Shown here piece after piece: positions 17,816 through 27,718 of a stretch of 64,000 nucleotides of DNA. Position numbers and translations under genes: made by a program. Source of the DNA: an uncultured Candidatus Saccharibacteria bacterium (GTDB taxonomy: Bacteria > Patescibacteriota > Minisyncoccia > GWC2-36-17 > WO2-46-25); assembly GCA_964359755.1 (NCBI GenBank), contig CAYHUB010000001.1, positions 39,797 to 103,796 on the forward strand. The letters are read 5' to 3'. The stretch's first letter is position 1; every line of letters starts with the position of its first letter. The notes below the pieces were generated by a model, which saw only the letters and a list, made by a program, of their open reading frames with translations, ran no database searches and was not told the origin of the DNA.

Positions 17816-19480
17816 TTAATACGGCACGGAGAATACCGCGTGCGGAGTGAGTATATATATTTCTTTGCGGTCGGAAGAGACCGTGAAATCAACAATGTCT
17901 CTCAGCGTTCCTAAAAGATATTTTTCCACCATCTCGTTTTTTTGTTTCGGCATTTTGATTATTTTATTTCCTCCTTCCACTTTATAATCGGCATCGTTAT
18001 AGATACGGGTATTTTGGGATGAACTGACTGCAAGCGTCTTTTGGAGCGTTTTTATCACGTTCGTAAGCGATTTATCCGTAAGAGAAAAGAGAAGTGCTGA
18101 TCGCTTCGTATCATTGAGCATGTATACTTCGCCATTTTGCATGAACATTCTTTCGATCTCAAAATCGGTAGGTGCTTGAGTGAGAAATGTGTACGACCCC
18201 TCATGTGTTTGTTTTGATAGTGTATAGAATATGGATGGCTCGTTTCCGAAAATATAAATAAAATCATTATCGTCGAAGATAAAATGCGGCTGAAAGCGGA
18301 TAGAAGAGGTTGGTATCTTTCCTCGGTATACCGGTTGCACAATGTGAATGCCTGTCAAGAGATTTATTTTCACTTCTATTTCATACGCAATTTTTTGCGC
18401 GAGAGAGCCGAAAAGAAAAGAAGGAATCATGCGCAGGGCGTTATCCCGGGCTTCATGAAGCAGTGCGAAAGCAGCGTATTTGTCGTCTGCTTTATCTGCG
18501 GAGGTTATTTTCCTTTGTATGCCGTCCATAAATGCGATTTGTGTTTTGAGGAATGCGTAGCTACTGCCTCCAACGATAAAAATAAGCGCACTGGCAAGAA
18601 AGATCAATAAGTTTCTTTTATGAAGCGGGGCTTTGGAGTATATAGTTATTTTTTTACGAAAATCTCTGAATGAGAGCGTACGTAGCATGGCAAACACACG
18701 TAACATGCGTTTCATAAATGTGCCAATGCCGGTGAAACGTCCTTGCGCGCTGACAGCAACGCTCATCTTTGTCCCTGATTTTTTGCCGAACGGAAGCCAT
18801 GTTGTTTTTGCGCTTGCGATTGTAAGAAGGATAAGCGCTTGCGCGGGAAGCGGGATCTCCCGCGCATTTTTTTGGTATATCTTGCCAATGATATCCGCCT
18901 GCTCGTCGAGCGAAAGCGCAAACAGCTTCTCAATGCCTTTTTCAGAAAAAAGATCAATGGTCTTTTCAGTGCTAAAAATAAATTTGTCATCAAGGGCGAC
19001 ATTGCCGGTGATCACTGCGGAAAAAAGTTCACGCGTACTTTTGTGCTTATACTTCTTCGCCATATCAACGACTTCGTTTTCGCGGTACAGAAAGGTAATA
19101 ATATTTCCGAATTTTGAAAGGCGGATCGCTTCGCCCGCAATATTTATCACGCAGAAATGCGCGTCCTCAAGCACGCCTTCGTTTGCCTTCCCGATGTCAT
19201 GGAGCGTTGCATTCGCTTTTTTAAGCGCGTTCTCAAAGTGAAGCTCCGCATTCGCATCATCGAGTTTATAAAATTCACGCTTAATAACCGATGCGACGAG
19301 ATTCGGCAGAAATTCAAATTCGCTCTTCCGATTTTCGAGCCGGCCTATGATATAGAGATTTCCAAGGCGTTCCTCCTCAATGTTTGACGGTTCATAGACG
19401 AATGTTTCGGTGCCGCCGCCCTCTTTTCCCTGTTTGAGGATGAGTTCCTTTGTGCCGATCGTAAAATGAGTTGATTCCAT
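17816..19480 (-). CDS. Hypothetical bitopic membrane protein (PP2C-like-fold N-terminus, TM, beta-rich C-terminus)
   Basis: 554-aa ORF with one central TM; domain guesses come from residue pattern only. Confidence 0.7.
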   Translation of the reverse strand: MESTHFTIGTKELILKQGKEGGGTETFVYEPSNIEEERLGNLYIIGRLENRKSEFEFLPNLVASVIKREFYKLDDANAELHFENALKKANATLHDIGKANEGVLEDAHFCVINIAGEAIRLSKFGNIITFLYRENEVVDMAKKYKHKSTRELFSAVITGNVALDDKFIFSTEKTIDLFSEKGIEKLFALSLDEQADIIGKIYQKNAREIPLPAQALILLTIASAKTTWLPFGKKSGTKMSVAVSAQGRFTGIGTFMKRMLRVFAMLRTLSFRDFRKKITIYSKAPLHKRNLLIFLASALIFIVGGSSYAFLKTQIAFMDGIQRKITSADKADDKYAAFALLHEARDNALRMIPSFLFGSLAQKIAYEIEVKINLLTGIHIVQPVYRGKIPTSSIRFQPHFIFDDNDFIYIFGNEPSIFYTLSKQTHEGSYTFLTQAPTDFEIERMFMQNGEVYMLNDTKRSALLFSLTDKSLTNVIKTLQKTLAVSSSQNTRIYNDADYKVEGGNKIIKMPKQKNEMVEKYLLGTLRDIVDFTVSSDRKEIYILTPHAVFSVPY

Positions 19481-19560
19481 TCCTTATATCTTATCACACC
19501 TCCGGCGTTGCATAAAGAATGTATTTTTGATAGTATGGATGATGAAAATAGTGTACTCAT

Positions 19561-20118
19561 ATGATGTTTGAACAGTTTTTAAATTCACCGATAAAATCAC
19601 GGATCGTGAAGTTTTTTGTGTATAATCACAGTAAATTTTTTGATATCGGCGATATTGCGAAGCGTCTTGAGCTGTCTCCGGGGAAAATAAGAGGTTATTT
19701 GAAGGAGCTCAAAAAACAAGGGTTTTTAAAATCAAAATCAGCCCATTCGTTTTCGATCAGCTATAAATTTTCGTATTTGAACGAGGTGAAGGGTCTTGTA
19801 TTGAAATTCCCTCCTGTATCGGATGAGTTTTTACTGCACGAAGCAAAGAAAATCGGACAGGTGAAGCTTCTCATTATTGCCGGTATGCTGGTGCATGCGC
19901 AGAAGGCGCGCACGGAGATCGTGATAGTGGGGGATCGTATCACGGAAAAGAAAGCAGAGCGTTTCCTGCGTTCCGTTGAGGCGCAAGCCGGCAAGGAGCT
20001 TCGGTATGTGCTTTTGACGAACGAAGAGTTCCTGTATCGCAAGAAAATGTTCGATCGGTTCGTGCTCGATGTACTGGAGCTTCCGCACAAAAAGGTCATC
20101 AACAAACTCGGAATATAA
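19561..20118 (+). CDS. wHTH protein with a degenerate nucleotidyltransferase-like domain
   Basis: N-terminal HTH pattern (DIAKRLELSPGKIRGYLKELKKQGFL); C-terminal LLIIAG...EIVIVGD...ELRY. Confidence 0.6.
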   Translation: MMFEQFLNSPIKSRIVKFFVYNHSKFFDIGDIAKRLELSPGKIRGYLKELKKQGFLKSKSAHSFSISYKFSYLNEVKGLVLKFPPVSDEFLLHEAKKIGQVKLLIIAGMLVHAQKARTEIVIVGDRITEKKAERFLRSVEAQAGKELRYVLLTNEEFLYRKKMFDRFVLDVLELPHKKVINKLGI

Positions 20119-20126
20119 TTCTTCTC

Positions 20127-20201
20127 GCGCTCTTAGCTCAGTGGCAGAGCGTCCGCTTCACACGCGGAAGGTCGTAGGTTCAATCCCTACAGGGCGCACC
20201 A
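20127..20201 (+). tRNA. tRNA-Val(CAC)
   Basis: Full cloverleaf; anticodon arm TCCGC-TT CAC AC-GCGGA; TTCAA T-loop; CCA encoded. Confidence 0.96.
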
Positions 20202-20205
20202 TGTC

Positions 20206-20230
20206 AAACCGGCGTTTCCCCGCTGGTTTT
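20206..20230 (+). terminator. Intrinsic terminator after tRNA-Val
   Basis: AAACCGGCG-loop-CGCTGGTTTTT. Confidence 0.6.
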
Positions 20231-20826
20231 TACTTTTTTGAGTTCCTGCGATGCGCGATGTATTCCAGCGCAAGCGGCAGAAGTGATATGACTATGATGA
20301 GTAAGACGATCGGCACGAGGTAGTGTTCAAGATCGGGGATTAAACTGCCAAGATAATATGCGGTACCGGTAACGCCAAGTCCCCATAATGCGCCTCCGAT
20401 GATGTTGTAGGCAAGGAAAGTGCGGTAGCGCATTTGCCCAACACCGGCAAATATCGGCGCGAAGGTGCGCACGATAGGCACAAACCTGGCAAGGATGATC
20501 GTTTTGGTGCCGTATTTCTCATAAAAGATCCGCGTGCGTTCGATATTTTTTTTGTTGAAAAACAGTGAATTCTCGCTCGTGAATATCGCAGGACCGACTT
20601 TTTTCCCGAACGCGTATCCAACGGTATCGCCAAGCACTGCGCCCGCAAACACCAGTGGCGCAAGAATGTAAAAATCAAGAATGCCTTGCGATGCTAAAAT
20701 GCCCGCGGTGAAAAGCAGGCTTTCTCCGGGGAAAAAGAATCCGAAAAAAAGACCCGATTCGGCAAATACCATGCCGAATATTCCCACGTATCCGGCAGTT
20801 TTTACGAGCGCGACAAGATCAAACAT
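20230..20826 (-). CDS. DedA/VTT-family membrane protein
   Basis: FAESG.F.GFF.PG.SLLF.AG, ARFVPIVRTFAP. Confidence 0.95.
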   Translation of the reverse strand: MFDLVALVKTAGYVGIFGMVFAESGLFFGFFFPGESLLFTAGILASQGILDFYILAPLVFAGAVLGDTVGYAFGKKVGPAIFTSENSLFFNKKNIERTRIFYEKYGTKTIILARFVPIVRTFAPIFAGVGQMRYRTFLAYNIIGGALWGLGVTGTAYYLGSLIPDLEHYLVPIVLLIIVISLLPLALEYIAHRRNSKK

Positions 20827-23491
20827 ATTTTTTTCTGCTGATCAATTTTCTTATTTCTTCCGCGATAAGAATGGAAGACGCAACGGTGACGGCAAGAGCC
20901 CAGTCATACCATGAGAGAGGAACGGTGCGTAGTATCGTATGCATAAAAGGGGCGTATACTGCCATGATTTGAAGGCTTATCACGATGAGTGTCGCTCCCA
21001 CAAGATACATATTTGAAAAGAAGTTCATTGTAAAAATAGATCTATCTTCGGATCGGCAGTTCCATACATTGAACCACTGAAATACGGCGAGAGCGGTAAG
21101 CGTGATGGTCATCGCTTTGGCAAGATCGTCCCTGTAGTATTCGTTGAATAAAAAGAGAGACCCGACCATCATGGGAAGCGCCATAACAAACATGCGGCGC
21201 ACCATGAGCGAATCAACCAAGTATTTATTCGGGTGCCCGAATGTACCGCTTAAAAGCCCTTTCTCTTTTGGCTCCATCGCAAGAGTAATATCAAGGAACC
21301 CGTCGGTGACGAGGTTCAACCACAATATTTGCGCCCCGAGAATGGGAAGCGGGAGTCCGATGATGAGCGCACCCGTGATGGTAAGCACCTCGCCTAAGCT
21401 GGTGGAAAAGAGATAGAGAATAACTTTTTTTATTGTTTTATAAATAGAGCGTCCCTCTTCGATCGCGGCAACAATGGTGCTGAAATTATCATCGAGCAAT
21501 ATGATATCCGATGCCTCTTTAGCGACGTCGGTGCCGATCCTGCCCATTGCCACACCAAGGTCGGCGGCAACAAGCGAGGGAGCGTCATTGATGCCGTCGC
21601 CTGTCATTGCGATGACCTCGCCGCGACGCTTGTAGGCCTGTATGATGCGCAGCTTATGATTGGGCGTAACGCGGGCAAAGACCGAAACGGCATCCAGCCG
21701 CTGAGAAAGCAGGGTATCGCTCATCGCCTCTATCTCTTCTCCGGTGAGCACTTCGTGCCCTTCCCGGTAAATACCCGCTTCCTGTGCGAGCGCGGTTGCG
21801 GTTATTTTATGGTCGCCGGTGATAAGAACGACGCGTATGCCTGCCGCCTGCGCCTGTGCGATCGCCTCCGGCACCTCCTCTCTCAAACCGTCTTGGATGC
21901 CGTACATGCCTCCAAGCGTAAGCTGGGGAATGTGATCGTGGGTCTCGAACTTTGAATCCTTGGGAAGTTCCGCGGTTCCAAAAGCGACGACACGCATGCC
22001 TTTTTCGAGCATGCGGAAAAAGACCTTTTCAAGCTCGCTTTTTTCCTTTGGCGTCAGCGGCTCTGCTTTTCCATTTTTATAGATCGTACGGGAAAACGAC
22101 ATCACTACCTCGGGCGCGCCGACGACCGTGATGAATTGCATGTTATTCTTGCTATGAGCGGTCGCATGATATTTCGTTGTGTAATCAAACGGTATTTCAC
22201 TGATTTTTTGCGATTCATGCTCGAGCGCGCTTTTATTGAATCCCAATTTTTGAGCGAAGACCAACAGCGCCGCTTCGGTCGGGTCGCCCGATACTGCGAA
22301 TGTTTTTGTTTTTTCGATAAACATCGTGCGCGCATTTGCGCACAATGCGGCAACCGTTCCCGCAAGTATCAGCTCGGGGTGAGCGAGTGGATCGATGATA
22401 TCATCGCCAAATCTGATACTGCCGCTTGGGTCATAGCCAACTCCCGACACCTCAAAACGCTTGCCGTCGACAAATACTTCTTTTACGATCATCTCGTTTT
22501 TGGTGATTGTTCCGGTTTTATCGACGGCGATCACGCGCGCTTGCCCGAGTGCTTCAACCGCCTGCAGCCGTTTTACGACTGCGTTGCGCTTTGCCATACG
22601 AAATACGCCGCTCGCAAGTACGATTGTGAGCACGATAGGGAGTCCTTCGGGAATGATCGATACCGCCAAAGAGACCGAAACAGTGAACATTTCAAGAGCC
22701 GATCTTCCCGCGAGTATCCCGATCAAAAAAAGCGCGCTGACAATACCGCCCGCCACCACAACAATGAGGCGCGACAGATAGCGCACATTCGCCTTCAGAG
22801 GGATTTCAGCGTCAATGAGCGCGATGGACTGGCTGATCGTGCCGATGACCGTGGCAGCGCCGGTCGCCACCACCACCCCTCTGCCGTTGCCAACCATGAC
22901 GTACGTGCCTTTAAATACCATATTGCGCTGGTCAGATACGGGGAGATTCTCAACATCGATTGGGTCGCTTATTTTGCGCACGGGGTGCGATTCGCCGGTA
23001 AGCGCCGCTTCAGCGACAGAAAGATTTTCCGATTCCAGGATGCGCGCGTCAGCTGCGATTTTTTCTCCTTCTTGCAGGATGAGAATGTCTCCGGGAACGA
23101 TATCAGAGTCGGGAATAATGATCTCTTTTCCTTCGCGCAGTACGGTTGCATTTGTCTGGACGAATTGTTTGAGCGCGGAAAGCGTATTTTGCGCTTTCCC
23201 TTCCTGAAACACTCCGACGACCGCGTTAAACACAAGAACAAAAAGAATAACTCCCGCATCTATGAATTCACCGAGGAAAAAAACGACAACGCTTGCGGCA
23301 ACAAGTACGAAAATAAGCGGACTTTTGAATTGGCGTAAAAAAAGAACAAAAAGCGAGTCGGTTTTTCCTTCCGGTATCGTATTTTTCCCGTGTACACGGA
23401 GGCGGTCGTTTGCCTGCTCCCATGTGAGCCCCTCGCTTATATTCGTCTGCAGTTTTTTCTCTATCTCGGCGAGCGAGAGTTGGTGCCACAT
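20819..23491 (-). CDS. P-type (IIA, Ca2+-like) cation-transporting ATPase
   Basis: TGES, IPEGLP, DKTGT, TGD, GDGIND, QILWLNLVTDG. Confidence 0.95.
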   Translation of the reverse strand: MWHQLSLAEIEKKLQTNISEGLTWEQANDRLRVHGKNTIPEGKTDSLFVLFLRQFKSPLIFVLVAASVVVFFLGEFIDAGVILFVLVFNAVVGVFQEGKAQNTLSALKQFVQTNATVLREGKEIIIPDSDIVPGDILILQEGEKIAADARILESENLSVAEAALTGESHPVRKISDPIDVENLPVSDQRNMVFKGTYVMVGNGRGVVVATGAATVIGTISQSIALIDAEIPLKANVRYLSRLIVVVAGGIVSALFLIGILAGRSALEMFTVSVSLAVSIIPEGLPIVLTIVLASGVFRMAKRNAVVKRLQAVEALGQARVIAVDKTGTITKNEMIVKEVFVDGKRFEVSGVGYDPSGSIRFGDDIIDPLAHPELILAGTVAALCANARTMFIEKTKTFAVSGDPTEAALLVFAQKLGFNKSALEHESQKISEIPFDYTTKYHATAHSKNNMQFITVVGAPEVVMSFSRTIYKNGKAEPLTPKEKSELEKVFFRMLEKGMRVVAFGTAELPKDSKFETHDHIPQLTLGGMYGIQDGLREEVPEAIAQAQAAGIRVVLITGDHKITATALAQEAGIYREGHEVLTGEEIEAMSDTLLSQRLDAVSVFARVTPNHKLRIIQAYKRRGEVIAMTGDGINDAPSLVAADLGVAMGRIGTDVAKEASDIILLDDNFSTIVAAIEEGRSIYKTIKKVILYLFSTSLGEVLTITGALIIGLPLPILGAQILWLNLVTDGFLDITLAMEPKEKGLLSGTFGHPNKYLVDSLMVRRMFVMALPMMVGSLFLFNEYYRDDLAKAMTITLTALAVFQWFNVWNCRSEDRSIFTMNFFSNMYLVGATLIVISLQIMAVYAPFMHTILRTVPLSWYDWALAVTVASSILIAEEIRKLISRKKYV

Positions 23492-23496
23492 GAAAA

Positions 23497-23580
23497 ATAA
23501 ACAAACAACAAATTACTGATAACAAACAACACAAGCAATCGGCTTGCGTTATGGGTTGTTAGTTATGGGTTGTTAGTTGT
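23497..23580. repeat. Heptamer-periodic imperfect inverted repeat
   Basis: Minus strand ACAACTA ACAACCC ATAACTA ACAACCC ATAAC, central hairpin, then GTTGTTT GTTATCA GTAATTT GTTGTTT. Confidence 0.7.
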
Positions 23581-24584
23581 TTTTGGTAAATATCAAGCAA
23601 TGCGAAAAATAAGCTCAACAGCAATGGGCCGATGAGAAAGCCCGAAGGGCCAAACAGCGAAAGACCCCCAAGCACGGAAAAAAGAATGAGCAAAGGATGC
23701 AAGCGCGTACCGTGGGCGATAAGTTTCGGGGTGAGGATATTATCAACGAGGCCGACCGCGGTCGTTCCCCAAATGATAAGGCCTGTTGCGGCAAGCGAGT
23801 TGCCGATGATGAAAAGGTATGCGACAGCAGGGAGAACGACGATCGTTGTCCCTACAAACGGGATAAGCGCGGCGATTGCTGCAAATGCACCCCACAATGC
23901 TCCATTCGGTACGCCGAATATGTAAAATCCCGTTGCTACCAGCACTCCTTGCACAAGGGCAACAACAATCGTTCCCCATATTACCGAATGCACCGCTTTG
24001 TTGATTTTTTCAAAGATATCTTTGTCGTCAGTGTCTTTTAGCGGACTAAGGGTAATAAGCATTTTTTCGAGTTTTTTCCCGTCCTTCAGGAAGTAATACA
24101 GCGCGAGCATACTCAGCACGAAGCCGAGAATAAAATTAGTGACCTCGGAAAATATGACACCGATCTTCCCGAGGATCCATCCGAGAAGCTGTTTGAGCGA
24201 CTCATCGAAGTCGAATGTCGCCTGAGGGGCGAATAATTGTATTTTTTCCTGTACGAGCACTATGACCTGGTTTATAAAATCAGTATCTTTTGCGCCATCC
24301 GCGATGCTGAGGTATAGCTCTCCCGCCTGCGTCACGACTGCGGCGCCAAACATGAAGAGCGGGATAAAAATGACCAAAAGAGCGATGAGGACAGTAATAA
24401 GAGAGGCAAGGGTTTCGCGTGGTATTACCCGCATAATACGCCGATAGAGCGGGTACAACACCACCGCGAGCGTACCAGATACGATGATGACGGTCAGATA
24501 CGGCAAAAATACGAAAATGACGAGCGTAGATATACCAAGCAATAAACTGAGGAAAAAAAATGTTTGGAGCTTTTCTCTATCCAT
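23559..24584 (-). CDS. AI-2E (PerM) family transporter
   Basis: YFLKDG, IPFVG, DNIL.P, HPLL...SVLGG...FG..G..IGP. Confidence 0.93.
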   Translation of the reverse strand: MDREKLQTFFFLSLLLGISTLVIFVFLPYLTVIIVSGTLAVVLYPLYRRIMRVIPRETLASLITVLIALLVIFIPLFMFGAAVVTQAGELYLSIADGAKDTDFINQVIVLVQEKIQLFAPQATFDFDESLKQLLGWILGKIGVIFSEVTNFILGFVLSMLALYYFLKDGKKLEKMLITLSPLKDTDDKDIFEKINKAVHSVIWGTIVVALVQGVLVATGFYIFGVPNGALWGAFAAIAALIPFVGTTIVVLPAVAYLFIIGNSLAATGLIIWGTTAVGLVDNILTPKLIAHGTRLHPLLILFSVLGGLSLFGPSGFLIGPLLLSLFFALLDIYQKQLTTHN

Positions 24585-24619
24585 ATTACAATAATTAGTG
24601 GCTTAATCGTACCATTTAT

Positions 24620-25879
24620 ATGAAAAAGGGGCAATTTCCAGACGGTTTTCTGTGGGGTGCGGCAACCGCCGCTCATCAGGTTGAAGGTGGTCAGTATAAT
24701 GACTGGACGGAATGGGAGAAAGAGAACGCGGACCGACTTGCCGCCGCGGCAGAAAAGAAATTCGGCAATTTACCTAACTGGCCTGATATTAAAATACAGG
24801 CGCAAAACCCGCATAATTACATCTCAGGCCGTGCATGTGACCACTATAATCGCTATGAAGAAGATTTTGATATCGCGAGGTCGCTCGGGCACAACGCGCA
24901 TCGGTTTTCTATTGAATGGAGCCGTATTGAGCCAAGAGAAGGGGAGTTTGATAAAAAGGAGATTGAGCATTACCGGAAAGTGATCGCGGCACTTCGCGCG
25001 CGCGGCATAGAGCCGTTCGTCACCTTATGGCATTGGCCTTTGCCATTATGGGTAGCAGAAAAAGGGGGTTGGGGATGGAGGAGTGCCCCGGAATATTTTG
25101 CTCGATATGCTGAACTCATTTCCAAGGAATTGAACGATGTTCATTTCTGGCTCACACTCAACGAGCCCAATATCTACGCGGGTCATGTATATATAAAAGC
25201 GGCCTGGCCCCATGGATCAAAAAATCCGATTTTATATTGGCAGGTATTGAACAGGCTCATTTCCGCTCATAAAGGAGCGTATCAGGCGATAAAGAAGAAT
25301 CTCCCATTGGCGCAGGTCAGTCTTGCCTATAATCAAAGCTATTTCGAAGCTTATCAGGGAAAAATAACCAACCGATTGCTTAAAAAAATAGCTGATTGGT
25401 TTTGGAACGATTATTTCCTTGAAAAAATAAACGGGTTCTCCGATTTCATCGGATTGAATCATTACCATCATTCACGCATTAACTATGGGTTTAATCGCAA
25501 TGAGAATAAGAAGGTATCAGATATGGGCTGGGAACTCTATCCCGAATCGATGTATTATGTTCTCACCGGACTTAGAAAATATAATCTTCCCATCTATATC
25601 ACGGAGAACGGACTTGCCGACGCCGACGATTTGCAGCGCGAATGGTTCATCAAGGAATCATTAGCAAATATAGTGTGGGCGATAGGTGAGGGCGCGGATG
25701 TACGCGGATATCTCCATTGGTCGCTGTTGGATAATTTTGAATGGGACAAGGGCTTCTGGCCGCGGTTTGGGTTAGTAGAGATCGATTACGCAACAATGGA
25801 AAGAAAAATACGTCCGAGCGCGCAAGCGTATGCTGAAATTTGCAAAACAAATTCGCTCATTATAGATTCTCATTCCTAA
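24620..25879 (+). CDS. Glycoside hydrolase family 1 (beta-glucosidase-like)
   Basis: FLWGAATAAHQVEG, RFSIEWSRI, TLNEP, ITENG, WSLLDNFEW. Confidence 0.96.
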   Translation: MKKGQFPDGFLWGAATAAHQVEGGQYNDWTEWEKENADRLAAAAEKKFGNLPNWPDIKIQAQNPHNYISGRACDHYNRYEEDFDIARSLGHNAHRFSIEWSRIEPREGEFDKKEIEHYRKVIAALRARGIEPFVTLWHWPLPLWVAEKGGWGWRSAPEYFARYAELISKELNDVHFWLTLNEPNIYAGHVYIKAAWPHGSKNPILYWQVLNRLISAHKGAYQAIKKNLPLAQVSLAYNQSYFEAYQGKITNRLLKKIADWFWNDYFLEKINGFSDFIGLNHYHHSRINYGFNRNENKKVSDMGWELYPESMYYVLTGLRKYNLPIYITENGLADADDLQREWFIKESLANIVWAIGEGADVRGYLHWSLLDNFEWDKGFWPRFGLVEIDYATMERKIRPSAQAYAEICKTNSLIIDSHS

Positions 25880-25897
25880 ATTATAGCCTCTATCATT

Positions 25898-27718
25898 ATG
25901 AGTTGGTTTCCTATTGCGATCATCGCGCAAATAATCCTTGGAACATCTGCGGTATTCGATAAGATGCTCCTGAAACGAAGTATTTTTAACCCCGCCGCCT
26001 ATACATTTTGGCTGGGCGTGCTTGGGTTGTTTGCGGTTTTTTTGATTCCCTTCGGGGTGTTCGGGTTGCCGGTAATGACTATTGGTGTCGCGCTTATTGC
26101 GGGCGCGCTGTTTCTGCTTGCGATGCTGTTTCTGTTTCTTTCACTGCATAAAACCGAAGCCTCAAAATCTCTTTTACTTATCGGGGGCATTACGCCGATC
26201 ACCACGCTTCTTGTCGGGTCATTTTTTCAGGATGGCTCGCTCGCGCCAGCGGATATTGTCGGTTTCGTGTTTCTGGTGCTTGGCGGGTTCGCGCTTTTTT
26301 TATCGGATAAAAAAGAGATACGGGGGAATGTTGCATTACTTGCATGCGCAAGCGCGGTATGCTTCGGGCTTTCTAATACGCTTACCAAACAGGTGTTTTT
26401 GGAGAGCTCGTTTACGGCGGGGTTTTTTTGGGTGAAGATCGGCGGGGTTTTATTCGTGCTATCGTTTCTTTTGCTTCCCTCTTTGCGCCGTTCCATATTT
26501 TCCGCGGTTCACCGCGATAACACCCACCATCACGCATTGTATGTTTTTAACAGGGGATACGCCGCCGCGGGGTCGGTGCTTATCAATGCTGCGATATTTT
26601 TAGCGCACCCCGCCTTGGTGGAGGCGACGCAGAGCATTAAATATGCGGTTATTTTTATAGCGTCATGGTTTCTTCTCGGTGAGCATTTCAAGGGAAAAGT
26701 GCTTGTAGGAAAGCTTGCTGCAATTACGCTCATCGGCGGCGGGTTTATATGGCTTGCAGGCGCGGATATCGCGCGCAACATCCCCGTTGACCCCGAGCGG
26801 CCTATTATATGGGGGGCAACGTTTTCTCAAAAATTCAGCCGTGAACTCGGGCTTGATTGGAAAGAGAATTTCACTGCGTTCATGGACGAGCTGAAGCCGC
26901 GCGCAGTACGGCTGGTTGCGTATTGGGATGATATTGAAAAGGATCACGGCACGCTTGATTTTTCGGAAACCGACTGGATGTTTGAAAAAGCGGCGCAAAC
27001 AGATGTGCGCGTGGTGTTTGCGGTCGGCATGAAGGCTCCGCGATGGCCGGAATGTCACATCCCGCAGTGGGCGAAAACGCTTGATACCGAAAAGCGCGAG
27101 GAAGCGTTGCTCGCGTATATGGGAAAGGTTGTTGACCGGTATCACGCAAATAACACGATTGCGATGTGGCAGGTGGAAAATGAGCCGTATTTGGCGTTTG
27201 GCGACTGTCCTGAACGCGGTGTGCGATTTCTGGAGAATGAAGTGGCGCTGGTAAAGTCGCTCGACACAGAGCATCGTATTATAACTACCGACGGAGGGGA
27301 ATTTGGGTTATGGTATAAAGCGGCAGAAGAAGGAGATGTGTTTGGCACGACGATGTACCGCAAAGTATATCCAAAAGTCATCGGGCCGAGGTTTGGTGTC
27401 GTGGAGTATCCGCTCGCGCCGAGCTTTTTCCGGTTCAAAGAAAAAGTGGTGCGGCGCATCCTTGGCGACTGGGACAAGCCGTTTATGGTGATTGAACTGC
27501 AGGCGGAGCCGTGGGGGCCAAAACACATTTCACAGCTTACCGACCAGGAACAGGATGAGATATTCAGCCCTGATTATTTCAACGAAACAATTGAATATGC
27601 GAAAGAAACAGGGTTTAATGAATATTATCTTTGGGGATCAGAGTGGTGGTACTGGAAGAAGCTCAAAGGCGACGAGCGGTATTGGGATATTGCTAAGGAA
27701 TTATTTTTGAAACAATGA
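25898..27718 (+). CDS. Fusion: EamA/DMT-like multi-TM domain plus clan GH-A glycoside hydrolase domain
   Basis: About 290 aa with roughly 10 hydrophobic segments, then a soluble domain with WQVENEP and IELQAEPW. Confidence 0.75.
   Translation: MSWFPIAIIAQIILGTSAVFDKMLLKRSIFNPAAYTFWLGVLGLFAVFLIPFGVFGLPVMTIGVALIAGALFLLAMLFLFLSLHKTEASKSLLLIGGITPITTLLVGSFFQDGSLAPADIVGFVFLVLGGFALFLSDKKEIRGNVALLACASAVCFGLSNTLTKQVFLESSFTAGFFWVKIGGVLFVLSFLLLPSLRRSIFSAVHRDNTHHHALYVFNRGYAAAGSVLINAAIFLAHPALVEATQSIKYAVIFIASWFLLGEHFKGKVLVGKLAAITLIGGGFIWLAGADIARNIPVDPERPIIWGATFSQKFSRELGLDWKENFTAFMDELKPRAVRLVAYWDDIEKDHGTLDFSETDWMFEKAAQTDVRVVFAVGMKAPRWPECHIPQWAKTLDTEKREEALLAYMGKVVDRYHANNTIAMWQVENEPYLAFGDCPERGVRFLENEVALVKSLDTEHRIITTDGGEFGLWYKAAEEGDVFGTTMYRKVYPKVIGPRFGVVEYPLAPSFFRFKEKVVRRILGDWDKPFMVIELQAEPWGPKHISQLTDQEQDEIFSPDYFNETIEYAKETGFNEYYLWGSEWWYWKKLKGDERYWDIAKELFLKQ

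Noticed and set aside
20069-20323. 84-aa ORF
   Set aside because: Runs across tRNA-Val and the dedA 3' end.
22136-23338. 400-aa plus-strand ORF
   Set aside because: Antisense shadow of the P-type ATPase, with no motifs or start signals.
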